DNA of 63,778 bases, filler included, from Intoshia linei (lineage: Eukaryota > Animalia > Orthonectida), in the NCBI GenBank assembly GCA_001642005.1. It is 5 parts of 5 records of this genome, joined end to end, with 100 filler letters (N's around TTAATTAATTAA, not from the genome) between each part and the next. Parts side by side here need not be neighbours in the genome. Positions count along the whole stretch, not along the records: positions 1 to 10,025 come from LWCA01001311.1; positions 10,126 to 27,197 come from LWCA01000831.1; 3 more parts are not named here. One strand, written 5' to 3'. The notes under the pieces are model-generated. The model had not been told where the DNA came from and made no database searches. It worked only from the letters and a program-made list of their open reading frames with translations. Position 1 is the stretch's first letter. Every line of letters starts with the position of its first letter. Positions 1 to 11,390 of the stretch are shown here, one piece after another. Both the position numbers and the translations under genes were made by a program.

Positions 1-321
1 TGTGGACTGGCCCTCATGAATTGCCACTATGACTATAATTTTTATATTGAAAGTGTGGTTAATGAATTTGAAATACTTCATCCACAAAGACTGGACCTAA
101 TTGATGTATGATTATTTAATGAACAAAATTAATGAATTAATTACATTTTGTGCTGATCATTTTTCTTATTTTTTCGAAAAAATACAAATTTGGAAACTAT
201 TGTATTAACAACCTTTAAATGAAATTAAAAGAGACGCTTTAAAATCAAACTAGACGCCTTAAAAAAATTTTCTTGATATTGAAATTGCACCCCATTAACT
301 AGCCTCTTGGATCTGCCCTTG
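1..321 (+). mobile_element. 3' end of a hAT-type transposon: transposase dimerisation-domain C-terminus (1-111) plus terminal inverted repeat (~309-321)
   Basis: Frame 1 reads CGLALMNCHYDYNFYIESVVNEFEILHPQRLDLIDV*, resembling the GLALxxIH...VIDxF...HPRR tail of THAP12/ZMYM1-like hAT transposases. It is followed by GGATCTGCCCTTG, the reverse complement of a CAGGG..GATCC-type hAT end. Confidence 0.65.
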
Positions 322-842
322 CTTTGTATATGTAAATAAACTCTATATGTAAGTTCTATCATTAACTCATTAAATAAACACAAATTCTTAGATAAAAAAT
401 GTTCTAAGTAAATATTTTTTACAATTTAGCAAGAATTCATTTGTTTCATTTGTTCTTATGAGAACATAAATTTATTTTATATGCACGGCAATGCAAGAAT
501 AATTACTTTATATATCTAATATCAAACTACTGTTGACTCAACAGTGTTGAGTATTAAAATTATTAGATGCTGCGTCGGTTTTATTTTCTTTAAAAAAAAA
601 TTTCATTATTCATGGATATGAAAATAAACCCATAAAAGTACAATAATTATTATAGAATAAAAGAAGAATATTTTCGAGATCTTACATCTATTGAAGATTA
701 AACTACCTATTTAATTTAAACAACCTTAACGTGAAATTATACATTATATAGTATACAAACTGACAATTAATTAACATATGTTTCAAGTTAATCTAAAAAA
801 GGAAATATTAACCAACTGTTAACATTTATTCTTCATTTATAT

Positions 843-1079
843 CAGGGGTGTTAATTATAAAAAAAATCGGCCTGCGGGCCATTTGAGACCTCAAATATAG
901 AATCTGCGTTATAATATAAATTTTTATTGTTATGATAAAATTTTTTCCATATTTCTTTTTTTCCATTATTATTGTCTTTTATTTCATTTATTAATTAAAA
1001 CTTTCAGTTTAATAATGGTATGAGTAAACGTTTTTTGTGTGGCCCGCGTAATAATCTATTTTTACATTTGACAACCCTG
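843..1079. mobile_element. Charlie/Buster-type hAT MITE
   Basis: CAGGGGTG...CAACCCTG termini, internal GGCCTGCGGGCC/GTGGCCCGCG motifs, and a perfect 8-bp TSD ATTTATAT on both sides. A related fragment starts at 9798. Confidence 0.85.
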
Positions 1080-1483
1080 ATTTATATACATGTTAACTCT
1101 GTAGACAGCTAACGAATCTGCAGAAATAGAAGCATTACGTATTAGCAAAAACTGTAAAGTAAAATACATTTTAAAAATAAAAATCCAGCTATCGGCGGAT
1201 AATGAAAAATTTACACGGGCGAGGACGAGTAACATCCTCAAAATTTCGGACTTGTCAAACTCCAAAGTGGAATTTCCAATAAATTAATTTACAATGCAAT
1301 TTTTAAGTATTGTTGATAGAAGTGGATTATAATCCACTTCTATATGTTAGTCAATGAATAATTATTCATCTAATTTTTAGAAAATAAAACTGGCGTACCC
1401 TGCAGTACAGAGCCTGTACTGTTACAGTTTTATATCACACGAGTCTAGACAATTATCTGTAAAATATAATAAAAAAATATACA

Positions 1484-4400
1484 CTGAAGATGAAAAAAAC
1501 TGTTGACCGTAATTAAGCAAACTCCAGTAAATGAAGCGTTCTTGTTCAGTTTTAAATCCGACAGTTACAACTACATTTGAAGGAACAATTCCCAGATTAC
1601 AAATTTTCCAATTATACACAGATTCTCGACCTCCACCTGGACAAAGAATTTCATAATCATCAATCCTTCTATTCCTAGCCCAATGAGCAGGGTTATTTCC
1701 GCCAATGTTATGTAAAATAGTTGTATGTCGCACAAATGCAATTTCGCCAGAATTTTCAACCAAACACCGAAAAGCACCTGATTCACCAAAATAATTTTCA
1801 TTTGTTGTAGCTTTGGAATGGTCAGAACTGTCTGTGGAACAGGCTTGTCCTAAATTTATTGGTGTGTGATCTACTTCAAAAAAATCATCAAAGATGCCTG
1901 GTACACACGCCGAGTCCAATAATTCACCTAAAATACAATTTATATTAATGATTTAAATTTTAAATCTTAAATTCAATATAAATTAATTAATTCATAAAAT
2001 GAGTGAATTCTAAAATGTAATATAATAGTTACTAGTACACTGTAAAATTCTGCAACCGATGCATACGCACTAATAAAATATATAACTATACAAGTGGATA
2101 TTGCTGATGAGGTCGGTTATGAACAAGTCGAGTTAACCTATTCAGACTCGCGAAAAATGTACGAGCTAGTTATAATATTAATTTAATTAATATAATTTTA
2201 AAATGTAAAATTAAAACCACTGAATATGTTACTAAGGGCAACGTAACACTATGTATAAAGCTTCGTTTGCTAAAATTTTTTAGGGTTCTTTTTCATCATT
2301 TTCACTGGCCTAAAGCGTGGTAGGTTGGTCTCTGGTCCCACAGTCGTATAAAAAAAATAATTTTAAAGAAAAAGTCTTATTTAACTGTTTTACGCATTTA
2401 TAATACAATTGTACTGTAATTGTTATTTCAAAATTGTTATTTCGATAAATAATTTTGACTTCTGTTGGCTTACATAGATTTATTTCATTTCATTATCCCA
2501 CATTATCCAATAAATCTTTACTCATATGGACTATTGTAAAGCGGTTACAAAAAGTTTTTTACGAAACTATAAAAACTCAAAGTTTTATTAATTTTAGTCT
2601 ATCAGTTTTATTATTTAGTGACGATAGAAAAAGGTTTTTTACATTTCTTTAAATTGTTGGGTTTAAAAGGACTAAATTAAAAGCAAAAAGATGATAGGGA
2701 AACGCTGATCTAGTACAGGGGTTACCTCAGTTTTTTTATACCGACCGGTAATTTACAATAAAATTTATTGTGGATCACTATAATGGAATTACTAGGAATA
2801 CTTTAAAAAAATATAATAATAGAATTTAATAATCATGATATTTATTGTATTTCAATTTTCAAAGACATTTTCCACTGACCGGAATATGGGAACCTGTGGT
2901 CACTACATTATATTTAAAATATTAGAATTTACCAACGGCATTGTGGAGTTGACACATTGCCGGGTGTATTTGATCAGATCCAATTATATGTAAAACTGGT
3001 AATACCCAACCAGAGTAAGAACTAATACTAGAATGACATGTTATGGCATCTAAATATAATGAAATTGTATTAATTAAATAATTGCAAAAAATGAAAATTT
3101 CTAAATATACAAAATAAAAAACACAAGGTTCATAAATACAAATTCATCGTGTTGAAGACAATATAAAATTGGGATTTCGTCTTTTTTCAGTATTTTATTC
3201 ATCAAAAATTAAAAAATTTGCATGTATATATATATATAGACTGATGTACACTAGAGATTTGCAGCACGATATCAAGTTTTTTGAATATCAAAATAGTCAC
3301 ATATTTATTCACGTTTTATCAGTTTTTAAATAATTTAAATGAGGTGAATAATCTTATTATGGGCGAATACAAAAATTTTGAATGATTGGGGTGAATTATA
3401 AATTTTTAGCATATTTTATTCAATTTAGTAAAATCTTATAAGAAAAAACTATAATTTTACCAAACCCTTAAGGAAAAAATCGCTTTTATCAACCCTTAAG
3501 TGAAAAAATCAGTTTTACCAACCCTAAAAGGTTAAAACCTTAACTGCATTTTTCCTGTTAAGATTAGTATAACTGGAATTTTCCCTAAAGCTTTGGTAAA
3601 ACTGATTTTTTTATTTTAGGGTTGGTAAAACTGGAATTTTCCATAAATGTTTGGTAGAACTAATTCTTAACATTTTAGGGTTGATGAGACTGAATTTTTC
3701 ACTTAAAATTTGGTAAAACAGGAATTTTCTCAAAAAGTTTGGTAAAATTTGATTTTTAGTAAAAATGGTTGGATTTAAGTAGACACCTTTTTAAAAATAA
3801 TTTTAAATGAAAAATAATTCAAATTATTTACCCATCTCTGGCATAACATGAAAATCATTAACCCGACCCGATTTTTCAAAAATTCTTAAATTGGTTTAGT
3901 AAACATACAATTACACAGACTACACGTTTTTAACTATGCATTAATATAATAAAGAAATTATTACTTTTTAGATTAACTAATGATAAATGACTAGTCTTTT
4001 TCCTCATTACTGCAACACCATAATAATAATTTGGATTTGCATACCCATAATCTTCATAGGCAATCGGAACTATTCCGTAATTTCTAAGACGTTATCTTAT
4101 TCTAATTTTATATAAAAAATACAAAGCTCCATAGAACAATTCCGCTGCATCAATTTTCATCATATCCACGTGTCCCAACGATATCATTTTTAAACAATCT
4201 TGTACACTTTTTCCCTAAATTTGACAATGACATGTAAACATTTAAAAAATACTAGAATGCAATTTAATTTAGGACTAAGTGATTTAGATTCAAATGCCAT
4301 AATCATTAATTCGCATTTTGACATTTCTTGTTTAGATATGCAACACCAACGAACATATTTAATTGGACAGCTGTTTAATATTGCCGCTTTTTGTAAATAA

Positions 4401-6023
4401 ACTGGTCCTAAATGATTTTAAAAACAGAAATAAATATAATTTAAGATGTCTAAATAAGTTCAACACGTACATACGGTGAGCGTTATAATGTTTAACCCTT
4501 TTTGTAAAAATTATATTTGCAATTTTAAATTTGTATCTGCAAGTTGCAACTTGTACATGAATATTATTAAAAAAAAGTACCAACATAACTTTGAAAAAAT
4601 TTTTCCTCCTCGTTTAATTCCTTCAAATTAACTGCATCGGTAGATATAATGTTATTATTAATCGAATCATTTAAAAGTGGTAATTTTTTTCTATCAGAAA
4701 TGATAAGTCTCCCAAACTTTAAAATATTATCAATAATTTCCTTTTTTTGTTCTTTGGAATTCCATCGAGATGTTATATAAACATCATTGGCAGTTTTTCC
4801 AAAATTACATTTTACCACGGTAGATTCATCCATATCAACGTGATTTCCAGTTGGACAAAGTAATACATAGTCCTAAATTTAAATTTATATATGCTAAATT
4901 CATTTAATCATTCGTAACTTCAATTTTGATAAAACTTTTAAAATAAATTATTTCAATATGGTACAATATTATATTTTTATTTTTGCCACAAATAATATTC
5001 AGCCATTTCCGTAGCTACTATCAGATATTATCCAATCAATGATCTTATTTGCATTTATTTTTATTCAATTTTTGGCAACACTGTTATCATTAAATAATTG
5101 TGTAATTATGTATTTTTACTATTATTATCCAGGTGTATAGAAATATCTAATGAAACACTAATAACCTTTTTGAAATTTGAATTCCTGTGCAAATATCCAT
5201 ACCTAAGAAAAGCCACATCTCCCGATTTCTGTAAGCATTTAATTGCACCAGATTCTCCAGCATATTCATCATCATTTAAACAATGAGTAGAACGGGTACT
5301 GCCACATGCTTTGCATAAACTAGCCGGATTGTTTCCAAATGGATTAAAAATTCTCAATAGACTGTTGACAGCGCAAGACATTTTAAAAAACGATCCAACA
5401 GATTTGGCGGCTTGATTGCATTCGATAATATTCATTATTCCTTCTTTCATCATGTGTGATATAGGATAAATCCATCCTGCCAATCTTTGAATCCCTGACG
5501 AACAAAGAACTGATCCCCTCAGATCGTTGAGATTTTGAAATTTATTTTTGTCTTTCCTTTTTATTACTGCAACAGATAATGAAGATGTATCGTAATCTAA
5601 ATTTATGATGTATTATTATAGTTTAGCTTATTTTTAATAATTCAAATCGTTTTTGTATGAATGAACAGTAAATTGGTGTACAAACCTAAAATTAAAATAT
5701 TAACCTTTATATTCTTCCTTAACAATTGGAATTAAACCAAATTCGTCGTAGACCACACCCACTAACCCAGCATCAACTTTCATTACATCAACTTTTTGTT
5801 GTCCTACATCACTTATACAGTCATATATCGTAATTTTTTTTATACATTCCACATCATTCATTGATTTTGCCATATTAATACATTCTTTTTCTGATTTTGT
5901 ATCGTAAATGCATATTTTTACTAAACTTAAAGTAAATTGTAAATTATATAAACTTTAATCATTACCAGACCGGGAATGCACTACTAATGCAATAATGATA
6001 CACGTATAACTGATATTTAACAT
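1484..6023 (-). CDS. Bilobal transferrin-family (melanotransferrin-like) protein, multi-exon; last exon(s) not resolved
   Basis: Signal-peptide exon 6023-5966, then exons approx. 5920-5705, 5596-5166, 4872-4581, 4407-4253, 4215-4123, 4083-3964, 3049-2932 and 1927-1484. They encode transferrin motifs: VDAG, LCSSGIQRLAGW, GESGAIKCL, GDVAF, DYVLLCP, VRWCC, YYGVAV, TCHSS..GW, GESGAFRCLVE, YEILCPGG. Confidence 0.9.
3300..3770. repeat. Array of ~30-bp degenerate repeats (AAGGGTTGGTAAAACTGGAATTTT-like), internal to a MITE family
   Basis: About 3 units in one orientation (3456-3530) followed by about 8 in the opposite orientation (3560-3760). Related units occur at 7130-7330, 38820-39010 and 61900-62040. 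Confidence 0.75.
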
Positions 6024-6665
6024 CGAATTCATTCAACCGTTGAATTATAACTTTATTGAAATACATCACATATATTTCAGTTGACAATATAAATTTTTTA
6101 CTATTGTGTTATAGAAATGTTCATCGATTCCTGTTGATGTGATGGGTAACAGAGTTCTGAAACACATAGAAAAACAATCAAATGTAATGTTCAGATTTTT
6201 AAAAAACATTATATTTTAATTCTATTGTAACATTATTTTTTCTTTAAAAAAATTGCTAAAAATTCTTTTTTATCTTTATGTTACGGTTGGCAGACTATAA
6301 AAAATTTAGTTATGTATTCAAAATTTAAATTAATTTCATAATTATGAAATGACCTCGTAAAATAATATTTGAACAAAACTGGTACATTTAGTATACATGA
6401 TACTTGTGTAGAAAATAATTATTCCATTACACTAAAAAATGTGCTAATAACGTAGTGTAATTTATTTTTTTCACAACTGAATTTCATTAATGAAAAAAGA
6501 GACATTTATCAAAAGTGCATTTGAACAGTTAAATTCTTCCTTCCATTGTTCACTAATTTTATTACGTCCATGATAAAAAAGTTATTTATGTTATATAATG
6601 TTTATTTTATCAAATTTTTGTCTATTTATGATAAAAATAATTTTATTCTTCATTTCTTCCTTACA

Positions 6666-9325
6666 TTACTCTTCTCCTTCGTTTTCCTGTCCCACTTCAC
6701 CTTCTTCGTCTTCCAGCTCCTCTACATCATCTTCAGATGCTTCTTGATTAGATTCCTTTTCATCATCGCTATAATAATTTTCTAGACCCTCCAAAAGTTC
6801 AATGAATTCATTCTCCTTGTCAATCTCATTTTGTAACCGCGAAATGGTTGTTTTCTTTTCAATTTCAAGGATTTTTATTTCATCAGATTCAAGTTTATCA
6901 ATATCTTTAAATTGATCTACAAAATAAATAAATAACAATGTTAATACTTGCAAAATATTATTATTGATCGACCCCACTTCAATATCTATTAAGTTAGAAT
7001 AGTAGACTCATCCCATGACCCTAGCCCAGAGGTGGGAAAGTGCGGCCTTGTTGACGATTTGGTGCGACTTCTGAATAATTTAAATTATTTTTCATTTAAA
7101 ATTATTTTTTTTATTTATTTAATTTATTTGGTAAAATAAGATTTATCAGAAAAATATTGGTAAAAGCGGTTTTTTTTTTAGCGTTGGTAAAATTATGTTT
7201 TTTCTTTTGGGATCAGATAGAGGGATTTTTGATATAAAAGTTTGATAAAATTGGATTTTTTCCTTAAGGGTTAATAAAATTTTGATTATTTCTCTTAAGA
7301 TTTTACTAAATTGAATAAAATATGCAAAAAATTTATCATTCTCTCCCTAATAAAATTATTCTCCCCTTGGGGTGACCAGTCATTCCATAAGAAGCACTAA
7401 TGTATTTGCTTAAATTTAAAGGTAAGAGTGGAAAGTTAAAGGAAAGGTGCGGCCTTATTAATTTTTTGGGGTGTTAGTGCGGCCTTCATACAGTAAAGGC
7501 TTCTTCACCTCTGCCCTAGCACTTATACGTCCCAGGAAATACTATATTGTTAGATACACTAGAAAGTTTGGTTGATATCAAAATTTCTCTGGTTAAAATA
7601 TTTTGTTGTTCCATGATTCATCAAAAGGTTGATAAACCCTGTCATAAATCACACAGTGTTGATCAAATAGTTAATTAATAATATCAGTTGTGGAAAAAAA
7701 GAAAAGAAGATTTTAAAAATAATTTTGATTCTAAAATTTAGTAGGGTTTTTAAGTGGACATTTTTTTCATCTCTTAAAAACTCTACTAAATTATCATCAA
7801 AATCATTAAAAATTAAAGAAACCCACAAAAATTTGTCAAAAAATCAATATGATTAATCAGCAAAATATATGATTATGTCGCTCTAAAAATACATGGCTCA
7901 AATAAATGTCGCTAAACTGAAGTTGACCATAAAAATTTAAATAAATATTAAAAACTACCAAAATTGCTGGGCTCAATTGTAGCACATTCTGCAATAACAC
8001 TAGACACACTTCTCATTACATCAGATGAACTCTTTAATATATCCATCAAATCAATTGAATCGTCAGTTTCACGTCGAGAGGAATAAACTAATTTAGAACA
8101 AGATGTACTTATTTGCCGGCAAGTCACAACTAAAATTTCGACACATTCTGTGTAATCTATGACGCTGTCCAAAACTTGACTAAATTTTAAAATTATAAAA
8201 AAATCTACACAATCATCAAAGGGTAAAGTGGAATATATCCTCTCTTAACTAATAAAATAAGAAAAAGGTTTCATAAATTTTCTAAAATTGACATGAAAAG
8301 TCAATGGGTATTAGAGGGTCCCTGAAAATTTCTTTGATGAAATTAAATAATATTCAATATACATGTATTTTTCAGTTAACCACGCTAAATTTTTAATTGA
8401 TTTTTTTAGCGACAGTTTAGATTTGATTGATTGATTTTCCAACTAGATTTATAAATAAATAACAATATTAATATTAAAATTTTAACTAATAATAATTATT
8501 AATTATAATTAATTATGTATTAAAAATGTTATGTTAATTTGAACATTTTGAAAAAAACCATTTTATTATATTCTTCTTTTATTCGTACGTTTTTACAATT
8601 TTCAAACATGCCTTTTATATTCTAAATTGAAATTGTTACATTCAAAACGATAGAGGGATTTATTAACAAATTCGAGTATAATAATTATGCTGTCATGTAG
8701 ATTCTGATATTTACTATTCAAATTAATATGACTAAAAAATCAAAGTATTACATTGATAAAATTGTTGGATATGTCCAATATATTTTTATTAAATTCATTA
8801 TCCTCATCCGCGTCAATTTTCTTCATTAATGTCTAAATTGAATATTATTCATCTGCGCTTATTATTATAATTAATTATTTACATATTAGTAAATACAACA
8901 AAAATTTAATTAAAAATCTAATCCTTTCCCCTTAATATTGTAAAATTCTCATATATTTGTACATTAACCTTCAAATGAAATTCGAAATTAGTAGATAACT
9001 CTATGCTATTATCCAATTCGATAATGATATCTTTTGTTAAATTTAATTCTTCCAATATTTTTAATTCTTTTTGTTTTTTTTTTTGGTTTTCAATCATTTC
9101 TTTTTCTTCTTGTTTGATTCTTATTTTTTCTTCTTTGTCATGCTTTATTTTTAATTCATTCATTGTTTTCTCATGTTCCAAAGAATCTTGTCTCTTTTTT
9201 TTTAACACTTCAGCAGTTTTTTCTTCGACATTGTCCATACATAATGTTAGTAATTGCATACTTTCCATTAATTGTCCATATTGATATAAATCAAATTTGT
9301 ATTCTACATTCGACACTAAAATCAT
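6666..9325 (-). CDS. Uncharacterised coiled-coil protein with acidic C-terminus; 5' end probably missing
   Basis: GT-AG exons 9325-8969, 8832-8752, 8622-8560, 8442-8364, 8179-7959 and 6916-6666 splice in frame. K/E-rich heptads and a D/E-rich tail are present. No family recognised. Confidence 0.7.
7027..7513. mobile_element. hAT MITE in an intron
   Basis: CAGAGGTGGG...CACCTCTG termini, repeated GTGCGGCCTT subterminal motif, TSD CCCTAGCC/CCCTAGCA (7 of 8 match). Confidence 0.85.
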
Positions 9326-9478
9326 AAAAATGTTTATATAAATAGAATAAGATATCTTTTACGAAATTTTTTTTAATAAGGAATCTTCTAGACCTTTAAA
9401 AGTTGTGTGAAAAAAATAATATTATGATAAATTGGTAAGATCGATGATTATGTCGCTCAAATTAATGTTGCTATAGAG

Positions 9479-9797
9479 CAGTGGTTCCCAAGGGGGTCCA
9501 CAGATAAATTGTGGGGCAACGAAAAAAATCCATCACTAGAGTATTTTACAAAACAATGTGACAATTTTAAATCGATTAAAATGAACAATATCTTCAATAA
9601 TAAAGTTATCAAGAAAGATAAAGGTTTAACAGCTTCTTATGAAATTTCAAAAATTATAGCAAAAACTTGTAACCTCACACATTGAGAGAAATCGTAATTT
9701 TACCAGCTATTTCTGTAGCTATTTCGACTTTTAATCAATAAAAATCCAACTGAATTTACTCGTCAAATGACCCTGAGTAACTCATCAGTGTTAAGAC
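9479..9797 (+). mobile_element. Buster/SCAND3-type hAT relic (left end plus frameshifted transposase fragment)
   Basis: CAGTGGTTCCCAA terminus. Degenerate KGLTASYEISKIIAKT..PHT..EIVILPAIS..MTLSNSSV matches the ASY...IAK...PHTIGE.LILPA...LSN.TV block of Buster transposases. Confidence 0.7.
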
Positions 9798-10025
9798 CAG
9801 GGGTGTCAATTATGCGCCCGTGTTATAATATTAACTTTTATATTTTATAACAATTTTTTACACATATTTCTTATTTTACAGTTTTTTCATATATTTTTCA
9901 TGCTTTATTTATTCATTATTACTTTACATTATTTTCAATCGAAAAAACTATGGTCAAAAATTTTATAAAACAACTAGCTTGGCAGTTTTGTACTACGTAC
10001 AAACAGCACCTAGCCCTGCCGAGGG

Positions 10026-10125
10026 NNNNNNNNNNNNNNNNNNNNNNNNNNNNNNNNNNNNNNNNNNNNTTAATTAATTAANNNNNNNNNNNNNNNNNNN
10101 NNNNNNNNNNNNNNNNNNNNNNNNN
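10026..10125. other. Assembly gap with six-frame stop linker
   Basis: N44-TTAATTAATTAA-N44; the same linker recurs at three other sites. Confidence 0.97.
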
Positions 10126-10426
10126 TCGAAAACTGAGACCACTAAATGCTGTGTCAACCGTTTAAATTTATCATAAAATTTTAAAGGATAGAACCATTTT
10201 GATAAACCCTTTGTAAAGACGTTTCGTGGTACCAATTTATAAAAAAACATAAAATATTATATTTCAATTAAATTATATTGGTAGTGTAATCTGTCAAGAA
10301 AAAAATGGGAAAATATGTTCATTATAATACTTTATAATAAGAAATCTTTTCAACAGGATTATTTTTAATTCAAAAATAATTTTAATCTCTTAATAATAGT
10401 CACTCGAATTATAAACAAAAGACTTA

Positions 10427-10648
10427 ATGGAAGAGACTAACATCAACATGGAATCGAACCGTATAAAATTATTTTCGACAATAAGAGGAAAGGCTAAGCT
10501 GTACCACTTTGAATATAAGTATACAATACATCAAAGGAACATGACCACATTATACTGGAAATGTGTAAGTTCTGATTGTAAATGTAGAATCACATCCAAT
10601 CATGATCTTGAAACAACAATTCATGCAAATAATAATAACCCTATATAA
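10427..10648 (+). pseudogene. FLYWCH zinc-finger fragment, probably a Mutator-like transposase relic
   Basis: STIRGKAKLYHFEYKYT...LYWKCVSSDCKCRITS fits the FLYWCH pattern; no DDE domain follows. Confidence 0.65.
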
Positions 10649-10889
10649 ATATAAATAAAATGATAAATATAAATTTATTTAATTAAATAATATAAAATTT
10701 AAATATAATTATCGACAAAGGTGAATTAAGAATTATTATGATACCATTATCATGAAAAAAAATTTCCCGAATATATTGTGAGAGATTAATTTAATTTGTG
10801 CTTCTTAAAAATGACTTAAAAGTTATTTTAACAAAAAATATCTAATAAATTTTGGTATATAATGGAATCTCTGTATTGACCATATTCAT

Positions 10890-10963
10890 TGCAAACATGA
10901 CTTCATTCAATGCAAACATGACTTCATTGCTGCAAACGTGACTTTATTTTTGCAAACATGACT
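10890..10963. repeat. Four tandem ~20-bp units (TGCAAACATGACTTCATT)
   Basis: TGCAAAC(A/G)TGACT appears four times at 20-21 bp spacing. Confidence 0.85.
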
Positions 10964-11390
10964 AACAAGATCGTGAATGTCTTGTATTTGAATGAATTTA
11001 TTATATTGTAAATAATCAGAATTCGAGAAATTAAATCGTTAATAAAATCCAAAAAAATTGCTCATCGAATTCTAAAATTTTTAAAAAAATGAGATAACAA
11101 TTGTTTTTAAAATTCTTTACACAAATGTTAAAAAAACAAAATTAAGATGAAATAATTCAATTTAAAATAAAAAGTAATCTGATATAACGGTTTCTCAATT
11201 TTGGAAACCACTCCTTTAAGGGATTGATCAATATGAATAGTAGAATTTTTAAGTTAGATTTTCAACGTGAATTTATTTTTTTGGTAGAATAAAAATGTTC
11301 CCTCTGCAGAGCTAAGTGCTGTTTTTACCTAATTCACTATATAATAAATTAGTTAATATTATTTACTAAATTGAACTAAATAAATGTTAC

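Noticed and set aside
536-552. Iron-responsive-element-like ACTCAA-CAGTG-TTGAGT hairpin near the transferrin gene
   Set aside because: It is on the strand opposite the gene, has a 5-nt rather than CAGUGN loop, and lacks a proper C-bulge and lower stem.
3456-3770. CRISPR-like periodic repeats (also 10890-10963)
   Set aside because: Degenerate tandem units without unique spacers, no cas genes, eukaryotic context.
8732-8751. Possible 20-nt ultra-short intron
   Set aside because: Splicing it gives an immediate stop; the longer intron 8623-8751 keeps the frame.
6546-9284. Hydrophobic plus-strand ORFs (6546-6785, 9003-9284)
   Set aside because: Antisense shadows of K/E-rich exons on the minus strand.
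10070-10081. TTAATTAATTAA repeated four times inside N runs
   Set aside because: Artificial six-frame stop linker from assembly, not biology.
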